Source of the DNA: Carpediemonas membranifera BICM
Taxonomy: Eukaryota; Protista; Fornicata
Assembly: GCA_019828565.1 (NCBI GenBank)
Contig: JAHDYR010000066.1
Location: forward strand, 372,001-436,000
Reading direction: 5' to 3'
DNA length: 64,000 nucleotides
The position numbers and the translations under genes are program-made. The first letter of the stretch is position 1. Each line of letters opens with the position of its first letter. This document shows positions 33,793-45,700 of the stretch, piece by piece. The notes below the pieces were generated by a model. That model worked only from the letters and a program-made list of their open reading frames with translations. It had not been told where the DNA came from and did no database searches.

Positions 33793-33867
33793 AGCCCGAT
33801 TGTACAGACGAGGGCTGAAGTGGGTGAGTGGAGGTAGTGTGCCGCGCAGGATTAGAATTGTTGAGTC
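33793..33867 (-). mobile_element. solo left-end fragment of the Fanzor transposon
   Basis: 33792-33869 is identical to 48519-48596 and to the reverse complement of the start of the copy at 63362; TA lies on both sides (33791-33792, 33868-33869). Confidence 0.9.
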
Positions 33868-33925
33868 TATGCGAGTCGTAGACAATAAACCATAAACTGC
33901 ACCAACGACGAGGTGAATATCAGCC

Positions 33926-34243
33926 ATGTCGCTGATATTCCTAATCCAAACTACGCAAGATGAGAGTAGTAGACGGTATTACCACTATGTCTCTTTAGAA
34001 GACTTCGCAGAGGGTGCTGTCACGATATATGAAGAAAACTTGGCCAAGCGCAACGAGGGAGTCAAATCCCGAGTTATCTATGATCTTGGAGACATTTCAA
34101 ACTTCTATGCTACTATTCCCGATGCGGCGCTGCTCATCCGTGAGCCCCGGCTGGACAACACCTACGTCCCCCAGGGCCCCCACTTCATCGTCGATACCGT
34201 CGTGCGGTACATGCGCCGCAAGGCATCCCAGTCCGTCCGGTAG
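33926..34243 (+). CDS. ERH: enhancer of rudimentary homolog
   Basis: IFLIQ....SSRRY.HY.S....EG...IYEE.L.........IYDL.DI..F...PD...L......TYVP, 105 aa. Confidence 0.75.
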   Translation: MSLIFLIQTTQDESSRRYYHYVSLEDFAEGAVTIYEENLAKRNEGVKSRVIYDLGDISNFYATIPDAALLIREPRLDNTYVPQGPHFIVDTVVRYMRRKASQSVR

Positions 34244-34717
34244 TGGAATATGCGGTCTCGCTTCACACTCCATGCTCGAACGTCATCTTATCATGCCGCC
34301 CCAATGCTATGTTGTGGTTCAGCGGCTACGAACGACTGAGCTGCTTTTGCGTACATCATATGTAGCGCTTGAGCAAGCCTATCACTAAACATTTTCCCCG
34401 GCATTTTTTGTGTGACTCCTGGATTCGGCGATGAGACGATCTCGTGTTCGCGGATCAATTTCGAGAAAAGCAGAAAAGTCACTTCGTATTACTATGGCTC
34501 CGTAGGGCGTCTATACAACAGCCCCAGGACCCCCTTTTCAGCGTGGTAAGCGGCCGTTTGCGGGACTCGGCAGTGATCTTGACATTTGGGACTGGACGCA
34601 TCTAGCATCCGATAGAGGTAGAATGGACCGAACTCCACGACGCGTGTCATGCCAACTGTGTTGTGTCATCCCCCTAAATTGTTCCCTAAAATTCTGTCAG
34701 TGGAATACTACAAAAGA

Positions 34718-36112
34718 ATGGTTAGCGCCGTCCTCGCTGCTCTGAAACCGTTCATTAGCCTCCTGCCAGAAATCCCGACGCCTAAGAAGGCCATTCTCTT
34801 CCGCGAGAAGGTTTTCTGGACCTGCGTCGTCCTTACCCTTTTCCTAATCCTCTCGCAGGTGCCCCTGTACGGTATTCAGATTGCTGCTGGCACTGATCCC
34901 CTCTATTGGCTTCGTGTTATGCTTGCCTCCAACCGCGGTACCCTCATGGAGCTTGGTCTTGGCCCCGCCATCACCTCTGGCCTCATCCTCCAGCTCCTCA
35001 ACGGCGCTGGCATCCTGACCTACGACCAGAACAACAAGGAGGAGCGCGCTCTTTTCCAGGGCGCCCAGAAGCTCATCGGCTTCCTCATGACCCTCTTCCA
35101 GGCCTGCGCCTACACCCTCGGTGGCATGTACGGCCCCGTCGCCACCATCGGCGTCCCCACCGCCGTCCTCATCATTGCCCAGCTCACCATCACTGGCGTC
35201 ATCGTCAACCTCCTCGACGAGATGCTTACCAAGGGCTACGGCATGGGCTCTGGCTCCTCCCTCTTCATCGCCTGCAACGTCTGCGAGTCCATCGTTTGGA
35301 AGTCCTTCTCCATCACTACCATCGACATTGGCCGCGGCATTGAGTTCGAGGGCGCCGTCATCGCCTTCTTCCACTATCTTATCACCCGCCCCAACAAGCT
35401 CGAGGCCCTCCGCATCGCCATGTTCAGGTCTAACCTCCCGAACATGATGAACCTCATTGCCACCGTCGCCATCTTCGCCGTTGTCATCTACCTCCAGGGC
35501 TTCCGCGTTGAGCTCCGCTTCAACCACCGCCGCGCCCGCAACATGACGGTTGCCTACCCCATCAAGCTCTTCTACACGTCGAACGTCCCCGTCATGCTCC
35601 AGTCCGCCGTCATCTCGAACGTATTCATGTTCTCCCAGTTCCTGTTCAAGCGCTTCGGCTCGAACGTGTTCGTCCGCCTCGTCGGCGCCTGGAACGAGAC
35701 CGAGCAGGGCCAGCTCTACCCCTCCGGCGGCCTGATCTACTTCCTCTCCCCTCCCGCCTCGATGTACGCCGCCGTGCTCTCGCCCCTCCGCACCCTCGTC
35801 TACATCGTCTTCATGATCGCCACGTGCGGCCTCTTCTCCCGCCTCTGGATCGACTTCAGCGGCGGCTCTGCCCGTGAGGTCTCTGAGAACCTCAAGCGCG
35901 AGGGTCTGATGCTCGCTGGCCACCGTGACGACTCTATGGTTCGCGTGCTCAACCGCTACATCCCCGTCGCCGCTGTTGCTGGTGGTGTGATCGTCGGCGC
36001 GTTGACTGTCGCTGCGGATCTGATGGGCGCGATCGGGTCCGGCACCGGTATCCTGCTGGCCTCGACGACCATCTACTCCTTCATGGAGCAGTTCGCCAAG
36101 GAGTCCCTGTGA
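34718..36112 (+). CDS. SEC61A: Sec61 translocon alpha subunit
   Basis: KPFISLLPEI, ASNRGTLMELG, YPIKLFYTSN, GAIGSGTGILLA. Confidence 0.97.
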   Translation: MVSAVLAALKPFISLLPEIPTPKKAILFREKVFWTCVVLTLFLILSQVPLYGIQIAAGTDPLYWLRVMLASNRGTLMELGLGPAITSGLILQLLNGAGILTYDQNNKEERALFQGAQKLIGFLMTLFQACAYTLGGMYGPVATIGVPTAVLIIAQLTITGVIVNLLDEMLTKGYGMGSGSSLFIACNVCESIVWKSFSITTIDIGRGIEFEGAVIAFFHYLITRPNKLEALRIAMFRSNLPNMMNLIATVAIFAVVIYLQGFRVELRFNHRRARNMTVAYPIKLFYTSNVPVMLQSAVISNVFMFSQFLFKRFGSNVFVRLVGAWNETEQGQLYPSGGLIYFLSPPASMYAAVLSPLRTLVYIVFMIATCGLFSRLWIDFSGGSAREVSENLKREGLMLAGHRDDSMVRVLNRYIPVAAVAGGVIVGALTVAADLMGAIGSGTGILLASTTIYSFMEQFAKESL

Positions 36113-36325
36113 GCTTTTTAAACATACAATCGCACTGTTTGCTGTGACACGCCAGCAAGCTGACGGAGTTGTGGTGATTAAAGGAGACAACACTGCATGT
36201 GATGGCGAGTACCGGTTCTTGCTCGTCAATAATCGACAGCATCTTTCATAAAACACACACATCTTTCTGATTGCAAGCCTCATCAAAATTTTGTTGCCGA
36301 CTTCTGGACGCAATCGAACGAAGCG

Positions 36326-37072
36326 ATGGACAGCGAAGGATCGAACATGCAAAGGATACACATGCTCTCGAAGCGTCTGAGCAACTTGTCGTCAGATTTA
36401 GAAGGCAAAAAGTCCAGGCTGATGCACACAATCGAGCAACAGATCAAGCAGCTCTCTCAGAAGGTCGATCAGATGGAAATTGAGCGCGAGGAGAAGTACG
36501 CAGCGATCATGGCCTCTGTTGAGCACTTTGAGAGCGATGTTGGTACGTCTATGGCCGAGTTGGAAGACGTCTCCAAGGCGAACAGCGCTGACATCCAAAC
36601 CCTGGATGACACACTCCAGGGCACCCTCAAGGACATCAAGAACAGCAGGGGTGAGTACGAAAACCGTCTTAAGAACGCTCTGGGGACGCGGCTTGACGCT
36701 GTTCGTCGGGAGTGCACCGATGACGGCGAGAACTTCGTCTCTACCGTTGCCGAGCGGAATAAGCGCATGGACGCCGAACTGGACCGCATAGAGGCTGCTC
36801 TCGAGGAGAACCAGCGTGCATGGGATGAGGACTGCGACGCCGGGTTGCAGGAGGTCGGGGCCCAAATTGAGGCCGTGACCGCGGCCATTACCCAGAGCCG
36901 CGAGGAGCAGGAAGGCGCCGAGACTCGCTGGCTGAAGAATTTGGACGAGATGAGCGTGCGCATGCGGGATGCTCTGAAGGCTGAGGCTGCCGAGCGGGCA
37001 GAGGTCGAGGAGACGCTCGTCAGCTTGCTCGAGACTACGTGCATCAAGATCAAGGAGGCCGAGGCCTTGTAG
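36326..37072 (+). CDS. SF-assemblin/beta-giardin family striated-fibre protein
   Basis: 248-aa segmented coiled coil ending ...E..ER...EE.LV.LLE.TC.KI. Confidence 0.6.
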   Translation: MDSEGSNMQRIHMLSKRLSNLSSDLEGKKSRLMHTIEQQIKQLSQKVDQMEIEREEKYAAIMASVEHFESDVGTSMAELEDVSKANSADIQTLDDTLQGTLKDIKNSRGEYENRLKNALGTRLDAVRRECTDDGENFVSTVAERNKRMDAELDRIEAALEENQRAWDEDCDAGLQEVGAQIEAVTAAITQSREEQEGAETRWLKNLDEMSVRMRDALKAEAAERAEVEETLVSLLETTCIKIKEAEAL

Positions 37073-37429
37073 GTCGTCTGTAAAACTACGCATCTTAGCC
37101 TGGCTGGCGTTTGGTCGGCGTCTGCCGTCAATGATGTGTCGACTGGTAATAAGCGAGGCAACGGGCGGGCAGAGCCAGCACTGGCGACATGTGTTGTGCA
37201 GACGCTCTTTATGCAGTTCTGCCCCCCCCGTCATGTTTGGACGGTCACTGCCGCGAGCTCATCCAACCTCGACTATGCAACCATAGCTCGACCCAGCATT
37301 TTTCTGGACTATGGACTGTTACAATTACGCCGAACATGACCTACTGCGCATACACCCGGCATTACCGGGCCAAGTGGGTCTGAGCTGCCAGCCCCGCACT
37401 TTAGTCCTCGTCATTCCGAAAGCAGGCAA

Positions 37430-38471
37430 ATGGATACACGCATGGAGACAGAGCGTCCATTTGATTACCGGAACAGAGGAGCAGGTAACACAGACCTGCA
37501 TACAGAGACAGAATTGTCGCATGGCGAAACACTCTCCCTCGGCGAAGCGATCAATGCTGTCGAAGTTGACGAGGATCGCCGCTTCGTTTGCGAGTACTGC
37601 AACTCGGCATTTAGGCAAAAGAGCCATCTTACTCAACACATGTTTGTCCCGCCTTCGGCCTGGTGAAGTCCCGGCCATTCCCTGCACCTTCCACAGCAAA
37701 TCAGTGCACCTGAAGGAGAAGCCCTTCCACTGCGAGCAATGCCAGCAGAGCTTCGCGCTCAAGGGTGATCTCAACCGCCACATCCGCAGTGTCCATCTGA
37801 AGGAGCGCCCGTTCCGCTGCGACTATGACGGGTGCGACCGGTCCTTCTCCACGGCACGGCACCTGAGACGGCACCAGCTCATCCACACGGGCGAGAAGCC
37901 GTTCGCCTGCCCATACGACTCGTGCGATTACCAGAGCACGCGGCTGTGCAACCTCTACGGCCACATCCGCCGCAAGCACCGCGACGACGCGGACGTCCTG
38001 ATCCATCGGGCGAAGACCAAGTACTCCAAGCGCAAGTCCCATGCGCCTGAGGAGCCCTACCAACCCGTGAAGGTGGAGCAGGTTCCTGACAACCCCGTCG
38101 AGGTCGTCCAGGGGATGTGGGTCCACAACCCTCCCGTCCAGCAGTGCCAGTGCCAGGACAGGTCTGAGTGCACCAGGGTCAGGCTGCCCTCCAGCGAGGC
38201 GTACGGCAGCTGCCTGCTGGGCGAGTCGAGCGGCGCCACGTGCCACCTCTGCTCACTGGCGGCTGAGCCCCTCCCTGTCGGCACTGACCCAGTCCCCATG
38301 AACATGGAGGTGCCGCTGCCCGGCCTGGCGATGGGTATGAACGCGTTTGACTTCAACCAGCCGGCAGTCTTCGACCCCCCCGGGCTGGACAGCAACATCC
38401 CGATGAGGATCCCGTCTGCGGTGCGGCTGACCGGGTTTGACCTTATGGACGGGTTTAACGGCTACTTCTAG
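37430..38471 (+). CDS. C2H2 zinc-finger transcription factor (4 fingers); intron 37642-37696
   Basis: Spliced finger 1 FVCEYCNSAFRQKSHLTQHI-KSVH, then FHCEQC, FRCDYDGC, HTGEKPFACPYDSC. Confidence 0.88.
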
Positions 38472-38817
38472 GCCCATATCCCGTATCCTTTCGATTTAGC
38501 GCGTTTTATAAATATCCAACGAGTCACCGAGATCCATGGTTGAAATCGAGGAATTGGGGCGGCGGCGGTGTTCACTCGCCACTCTGATGCGGCCCGACGC
38601 CTTTTTCTGGGATCAAATTTGTATGTGCTATTTTCAGCGTTGCCACAATACTACTGTACCCCGACTCTGGCGTCCCGGGCCGAAACACACAGGGCCCGAA
38701 GCAGTACCCCGAGACTTGCGATCGGCGTGGCCAGGTCGCGCGCGGTCCTCGGGGCAGCGGATAATGACGATTTCAAGATATGGCGCATGCCGCGAGGACT
38801 GAACAATTTCTGTATCC

Positions 38818-41520
38818 ATGAGAGAGAAGACGTTCAATGGCGTATTCTTCAACAATAGTAACAACGTGGGAGTGAAATCAGATGGCAGAACAGTGAGCGC
38901 CATCCAATTCGAGATCCCCATCGCCACAGCGTCAGTGGGACTGATCAGAGAGACCGTATACTCCCATCTGGTGCGGAACTCGTACACATCCGCCACAACA
39001 AACCCCGCATGCCATAGAAAAAAGCTAGAAATGATCGACAGACTTCCGAAACTACTCACACCACTCGGCCCGCTCACGCCGCTGACCCTCGCCATACACT
39101 GTGACCTCCAGCGGCTCAAGCTCGTCTCCCGGACGTCCTTCTTCCTCGACAACACGGACCAGGCTGCCCACGTCCGCACGCTCGGCACTGAGACAGCGGC
39201 AGGACAATCGACGAACCCCAGCACGGCCATCGCCACGCTTGAGGTCATATCAAAGGTCGCAGTAGGCGTTACAGACCCTAAGCTGATCCTGATTTACTGC
39301 TCGAAGGTGCATGACCCCGCCGTCGCCCACGCCGTCATTGCCAAGAACATCGCTTCGACGCCTGTACTCATGGTCTCCAACGACCGGTCGGACCCCTGGA
39401 TGTCGGCCTTCTCCATCTCCGACAAGGGCAGCATCGGGGTCGGGGTGGCTGAGACGGACTCAGACCCGTTTAACGCCGCCCTCGCAGCATCGTTTGAGGC
39501 TTGCCACAGTGCTGGGAAGGACCCTGGCAAGCTATCGTCCGATCAACCCGGGGCCGTAGTCGTCTTCAACACGATGCAGCAACACGACGATGTCATCGAC
39601 GGCGTCCGACAATGCTTCGGTGAGGCGTCTCTGACCGGTGCCGCGGAGGACTTGCGCGACAACTGGATCGTGTCCCAAAGTGGAGTGTACCATCGCGCAG
39701 TGGCGGTCGTGGCGATGTGGACCTTGTGCGAGGCCATGATTGTCAGTCAGACAGGTTTCGTCGCCACTGACTATGAGGGCACGGTGACCGGGGTCTCGCG
39801 CGACGGCCTGACGATCACTACCATCAACAGCCTCCCCGCGGTCGAGGTGTACAACAGATGGACCGGCAACGCAGCCAAGCGGGATCTCCTGTCACTCAAC
39901 CCCCTCGGCAAGGTCCGGCCTGATTCCCATCAGGTCATCCTCCCCTTCCGGATCACCCGCGTGACCGAGTCCGGCGGTCTGGAAACTATGACTCCGTTTG
40001 AGGAGGGCGACTTTGTCAAGCCGATGGTCGGGTCGGCCGATAAGATCCGCAATCGCCTTCTTAGCATCATGAACCCCGTTACGGAGCGCATGCACACCGT
40101 GCACGGCGCCATGGTCTTCATCAGCAATGGCCTCCATCCCGTCGTCTGTGACGTCATCCCGCACTTTAAGAACCAATTTCGGAAGGCGGGCGGGGGCGTC
40201 TCCGTACAGTTCCCGCGGGGGATCTACGCGAAGTTCGATCACAGTCCCATGAACTTCATCGGGCAGACGGTGATCGATCCGATTAGGACAACCGACCCCG
40301 ACGACATCGATACCCTCACCGGCCTCGGCCTCAGTTCAACGGGATGCATATCGAGAAACGAGTCCAGTCAGTCGCTGCAGCTTATGGTGGGGGAGAACGA
40401 CCTCAGCAGCGACTCTGCGGAGTTCCAGCTGATATCGCCTAGGTCAGCTTCCCCCTACCCCTCCATAGGGTCGCCCCGGGAGTCGGTGGCCATGAATTTC
40501 AGGTCACCGGGCGAGAGGAGCGGGATCATTCGGTCCACGTCTCTCGGGGGGACAGCCAGCACAATGCCGTCGCCGATGGTCACACACCGTTCACAGCTGT
40601 CGGGCTCGCTGAACAGGCCGACCATCATCGCCCCGCTGCAGGAGGTCGGGCAGCCTGTGGAGCCGCTGACCTTGCTCGACGAGGACGGCATCGAGCGCGA
40701 CCCCGCGGACGGCATGGGGTTAGACGAGGCCCAGTACAACGACCTCTCGTTCACCGTGCTGGCGTTCGGGGACTCCAGGGAGCTGCTGCCGACGAACGAC
40801 GTGACGATACTCTTCACGAACATCCAGTCGTCCTGCTCACTATGGCAGCATAGCCCCAGAGCCATGATGGAGGCCATGGAGGCCCACAACCACGTCCTCA
40901 GGTCGACCCTGGCGCGGTGCAGGTCGCAGTGGCCGGGTACGATCGTCAAGATCGAGGCCGACCGCTTCATGATCGCCTTTGTCAGCCCTCTGTACGCTGC
41001 TTGCTTCAGTGCCGTGGCGCAGATCGCGCTGATGACTGCGGACTGGCCCCACATCGACCATGGCGACTACTCCATGGTCAAGAGCAGCAAGCCGCGCCAC
41101 TGTCCAGTGTGTTTCAAACACGGCGCCCCCCTCGGCAAGCACTGCCGGAAGGCGCCGACACACGACTGCCCTCTGCACAAGCGGCGTAACGTGCCCGTGT
41201 TCCGTGGGCTGAGGGTGAAGATGGGCTTCCACACCGGTCGGCCCGAGCCGATGTACGATCTGGCGTCGAATAAGGTAGACTACATCGGCATCGACGTCAA
41301 CCTCGCCGCACGTATCTGCTCAGCTGCGGAAGGCGGACAGATACTGATGAGCAAGCGGTCTGCCGAGCTCATCCAAGACGAGGACTTCACGGCCATCGGG
41401 GGCGCACAGCTGGAGTCGAGGGGCGTCTACGGCCTCAAGGGAATCGGCGAGGAGACACTAGTCGAGCTGCGCGTACCGTGGCTGGCCAGGGACTTCGATG
41501 GCAGTGCTGGTCAATGCTAG
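38818..41520 (+). CDS. FIST-domain sensor fused to a class III nucleotidyl cyclase domain (true start may be 39031)
   Basis: FIST-like TVTGVS...ITTINSLPAVEVYNRWTG...LNPLG; cyclase VTILFTNIQSSC.LW, GLRVKMGFHTG, DYIG.DVNLAARI.SAA.GGQIL, LKGI. Confidence 0.8.
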   Translation: MREKTFNGVFFNNSNNVGVKSDGRTVSAIQFEIPIATASVGLIRETVYSHLVRNSYTSATTNPACHRKKLEMIDRLPKLLTPLGPLTPLTLAIHCDLQRLKLVSRTSFFLDNTDQAAHVRTLGTETAAGQSTNPSTAIATLEVISKVAVGVTDPKLILIYCSKVHDPAVAHAVIAKNIASTPVLMVSNDRSDPWMSAFSISDKGSIGVGVAETDSDPFNAALAASFEACHSAGKDPGKLSSDQPGAVVVFNTMQQHDDVIDGVRQCFGEASLTGAAEDLRDNWIVSQSGVYHRAVAVVAMWTLCEAMIVSQTGFVATDYEGTVTGVSRDGLTITTINSLPAVEVYNRWTGNAAKRDLLSLNPLGKVRPDSHQVILPFRITRVTESGGLETMTPFEEGDFVKPMVGSADKIRNRLLSIMNPVTERMHTVHGAMVFISNGLHPVVCDVIPHFKNQFRKAGGGVSVQFPRGIYAKFDHSPMNFIGQTVIDPIRTTDPDDIDTLTGLGLSSTGCISRNESSQSLQLMVGENDLSSDSAEFQLISPRSASPYPSIGSPRESVAMNFRSPGERSGIIRSTSLGGTASTMPSPMVTHRSQLSGSLNRPTIIAPLQEVGQPVEPLTLLDEDGIERDPADGMGLDEAQYNDLSFTVLAFGDSRELLPTNDVTILFTNIQSSCSLWQHSPRAMMEAMEAHNHVLRSTLARCRSQWPGTIVKIEADRFMIAFVSPLYAACFSAVAQIALMTADWPHIDHGDYSMVKSSKPRHCPVCFKHGAPLGKHCRKAPTHDCPLHKRRNVPVFRGLRVKMGFHTGRPEPMYDLASNKVDYIGIDVNLAARICSAAEGGQILMSKRSAELIQDEDFTAIGGAQLESRGVYGLKGIGEETLVELRVPWLARDFDGSAGQC

Positions 41521-41653
41521 TTTCTAGATCGCACTTCCGTGAATGACGTCTGTTGTGTCATAAACAGTGTTCTAGCGACATGTGGTAACCTGCGTGTTTA
41601 TCCGGAGCCATGCGATGAAGCATGGCCATCATGCCGTTCCAGTCCAGACATGG

Positions 41654-42628
41654 TCATGTGTACGCTTCGACGATCTTCCCCAGCATCCCCCGCAACGTCT
41701 TCATGCGGCCTGGCCCGATCGTATGTGGCACCGTCTTGGCAAACAACGTCACCAGCTGGCCCGGGTCGACGTCTAGCCTCCGACTGAGCCGAGCCATCGC
41801 CTCGTCGGGGTCCTCGGGGATGTCGGCAGCGATCAGGAGGGCGATCGCGGCGACTGTCAGGTTCATGATGTCTGGCCGTCCGAGCATGACGTCCCACAGC
41901 CTGCACGCCGTGTCCAAGGGCACTGCCTGCACGAACATGGATATGAGCCACCGGGTGAGGAAGAGGTCGCTCGGCACGCCCGCACGGTGGAGCCGGCTGT
42001 GCGTATTGGGGGCCGCGATCTTCAGAGTCCGGTCGAAGAAGCCCATGTAGTGGCTGACGAACCCTGGGTCGAGCCGTAGGAACGTAATAAGGTGTCCGTC
42101 ATGCATGATGCTCGACATCAGCATGAACGCCTGCCACGCCGGGCTGTAGAGCAGGAAAACTGCGGCGATCAGGCTCATTCCCTGGACATACCCGACATCG
42201 GGGCGGAACCGGACGAAGGCACGCAGGACATCCGTCAGGGAGTCGAACAGAGTGCCTCCCGGCTGGAAGAAGGCCAGCTCGGGCAACGTTCGGCCCACAT
42301 CGGTCGGGATGAGGTTACGGGAGGCCTCCTGGCCCCTCGTGGCGTCCGGGTCTCGGGCCAGACATATGTCGAACAGCGTTTCGGTGATGTGGAGCGGGTT
42401 CCCTACAAGAAGCGGCCACACCTCGCCACGTATGGACGCAGGCACGCCCCCATGGATCAGAGCATGCTGAATATCCCGCGAGGATGGCGGCTTGCCGCTG
42501 CGAAGATTCGGGATCAGGGTAGTGTGCCAGTGCTGCCGTTGGAAGGCAATCGCACGTTCTCTCTTCAGAATGGCTGCTTCTTCATCGTTAGTATCTTCGT
42601 TCTTGACTGTCGCGGAGCTCTCCCGCAT
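41654..42628 (-). CDS. TBC-domain Rab GAP (TBC1D12/14-like)
   Basis: GVPASIRGEVW.LLVGN.L.IT, I..DVGRT, FRPDVGYVQGMS, RLWD. Confidence 0.88.
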   Translation of the reverse strand: MRESSATVKNEDTNDEEAAILKRERAIAFQRQHWHTTLIPNLRSGKPPSSRDIQHALIHGGVPASIRGEVWPLLVGNPLHITETLFDICLARDPDATRGQEASRNLIPTDVGRTLPELAFFQPGGTLFDSLTDVLRAFVRFRPDVGYVQGMSLIAAVFLLYSPAWQAFMLMSSIMHDGHLITFLRLDPGFVSHYMGFFDRTLKIAAPNTHSRLHRAGVPSDLFLTRWLISMFVQAVPLDTACRLWDVMLGRPDIMNLTVAAIALLIAADIPEDPDEAMARLSRRLDVDPGQLVTLFAKTVPHTIGPGRMKTLRGMLGKIVEAYT

Positions 42629-42793
42629 CGCCTCGGAATCGAGAGCGCACGATTCGTAAGTGCAGCTCGCTTCTCATCAAATCCTCGCATCGCACGGGTT
42701 GACCCAGCAAGCATGCTAGGGACGAGTGGGCAGGGCTGGTTGGCTCAGTTTCGCCGTGGAAATCACCCGCAGTTTATGCACTGACGAGCCAGC

Positions 42794-45700
42794 GATGGCC
42801 TCAGGTGTGAGCGACGACGATCTGCGCACGTTATGTTATTCAGTATACAAGTACGTAGTTGATGATCTCGATTCGCTTGTTGTTATTCCCGGGGAGGAGA
42901 AGTCTGAGGCAGATTGGCATATGCTGACTAAGTTCTTCGCTGAAGAGCCGCCAATGAGCAAGGAGCGTTTCGTACCATCTTGTTCAGTAGGCACACGATC
43001 AATTCCGCTCATTGGAAAGCTACTTGAGGACTCGCCAGTCAAGCACTGCACGATCCCGCGTCGGCTCCAGTTCCTGGTCGAGAAGAACATCATCACCGCC
43101 CTTGTAGAGCCTGCTATGGCGAGCCTGCAGGCCCCCTCGTATCCTCTGCTCTTTGTGGCCCTCGCCGTGCTGTCCCGGACGGACCTGACCCGCACCCTGC
43201 CCCCCCTCGCCACCGTCGTCGAGCGGTTCGCGGCCCTCGTCAGGGTAGTTGTTACGGATGCTAGCGTCAGAGAGGGCTTCACTATTCGCACGCTGCTGGC
43301 GACGTTCATCGCCAACGCCGCCCGATGCCGGTCGGATCCCACCGCCTCTGCCCTCCTCACCAGACTGGTCACACCGAGGGCAGTCGGCTTCCTGGCCAGC
43401 ACTGAGGACCCGGATCTCCTCCTGGTCAAGCAGTATCTGCAGTCCCGGGGGATCGAGCCGACGAGGGCCACCGCTGCAGACGTCGTCACACAGGGCCTCA
43501 TCCTGCCGATGTGCAGGTGTCGCGACAGGACGGACCCGGCCGCCAGACGGTGCGCCAGGGCCACCCTCGAGATGCTAGTGGACCTGACGCAAGCCCCGTC
43601 GACCGCTGTGACGCTGGTGTGGTTTATGGCATTCGCCCAGCTCGCGGGCACGGACCTGTTGCCGTTCATCGCCCAGACAGCAGATCCCGTATCTACCCAG
43701 ATCTTGGGGTGGATAGCACTCAATATCCGGCACTATCTCAGGCAGGCAGCCGATGCCGGATACCGCGGGCCAATTCCAAACATCCTCTCCGGCATCCGCG
43801 TGCGGCCCCTGTCGGACTTCCCCGACCTGGGCGTTCTCTTGATGTACTTCTCCGGCCAGCTCTTCGTACCAGGGCTGGCGGCGGGCTCGCTGACCCCAAC
43901 CGAGCACGTGGCCCGTGTGCTGGGGCTATACTGCGTCGACACGGGCATCGGGGTGCTGCAGGACTTTATCAGAGCCGGCGACTTCGGCAAGGTCGATGTC
44001 AGTGCCGACGGCAGTGTGACAATCACTTCCACCGGCGACCAGGTGCCGGAATTCGTGGTCCTCGCCGACGTAGAAGGATCCGCGTTGACCAGGTTTGACC
44101 TATGTCGCGTGACCGGTCGAGTTGTACCAAAGAGCAAGGGCACACTCACCCTCACCCTCGCCATGCCGCCCCACACCCCGGCCGGGCGGTACGTCGTCCA
44201 CGTCCCCCACGGGGCAATCGCAGCGTCCCTCGGCATCGTGGGCGCCCTGCAGAACATGCTGGCGAACCGGCCCGAGTTCGACTCCCATCTCGCGGCCATT
44301 TACACCGGAGCGACTGCCAACCCGGCCTCCCTCCAGTACGACAGCGTCCCCGGGGCCCTGGACCTCGCCGGAATCGCCCACACTGCGCCCGAGGCGGCCA
44401 TGGCGTGGGCGTCGCTACCCCTCGCCTGTCCCCACGGCGTCCACCTCGACGTCGGCCGGGGCACCCCCACGATGGCCCTGGACACCGGGGCGGACCCGGT
44501 CGACGTCCCATGCGGGGGGGAGGCTGACGTCTGGCCGTACACGTCCCAGCTGGCAGCCGTCATGTCCGCCGTGGCGTCTCCGCTGACGCTGCTCGAGGGC
44601 CCTCCCGGCACCGGTGTTTGTCCCCCTGACCATTGCTCACACAGAAGACCGCGACGGCCGCCATGATGGTTCGCTGCCTATTTAGGACTCTCAACAACGG
44701 AGCCACGTTCCCGGATGGTCTGAACGAGGCCCTAGCTCCAGTCGATACGTATAGAAAAGTGTTGCTCCTGGCCCATTCGAACTCTGCACTCGACCAACTC
44801 TGCCAGCATTCCCATGCACTCGGGGTGCCTGTGTTACGCTTGGGGGCCAGCACCGACTGCACAGAGCTGACGCTGGACGCCGCCGCGGACAGACTCGGAC
44901 AGAGGCTGAAGGCCAAGTACTCGAAGTCACTCGACTCACTGCTCCAGGACCGGCGCCGGCTCCACTCGGCCATCATCGCAGCCAGCCCCGTCGTTGCTGT
45001 GACGATCAGCGCCCTGCCCCGCCGGCTCCCCGCCCTCCGGCCCGGCCCGGCCAGGCTGGGTGCCGCCGTGCTCGAGGAGGCCGGCCGGGTTATGGACCCT
45101 GAACTGACCCCGCTGCTGCCCGCCGTGACCCGGCTCGCCATGGTCGGTGACTCGAAGCAGCTGGCCCCACTGGTGCTGGATTCCGGGCTCCGCGACCGAA
45201 ACCTGGACCTCGCCCCGTTCGAGCGGCTGGCCCGGACGGGTGTCCACGTCATCCGGGCCGACAGGCAGGGCAGGGCGTGCGGGCCGCTTGCAGACGTGTT
45301 CCGGGGGGCGTACGAGCGACTTGAGGACCTCCCCTGCTGCCCGAAGCAGTCCGCGCTGCTCTCTTATCCGCTGTCATTCGTCGACATCCGGTCGGGCGGC
45401 CAGCGTGAGGTGAGCTCCTCTGAGGTCTACGCCGTCGGGCAGCTGTGGGGGAGGCTCCGGGAGCTGGGCCTGTCCCCAGGCATGGTCGCCGTGATCACCC
45501 CGTACAACAAGCAGAAGGCTGCGCTGCTCGAGTCCAAGGACCTGGCCGACACGGTCAAGGCCGGCCTCCTCGTGGCGACCGTGGATGAGATGCAGGGCCT
45601 CCAGCGAGACCATGTCATCCTCACCATGGCCGCCGCCCGGCTGACCGACTTCATTCGGGCGAGCACCCGCCGGGTCGTCGCGGTGAGCAGGGCGAGGCAG

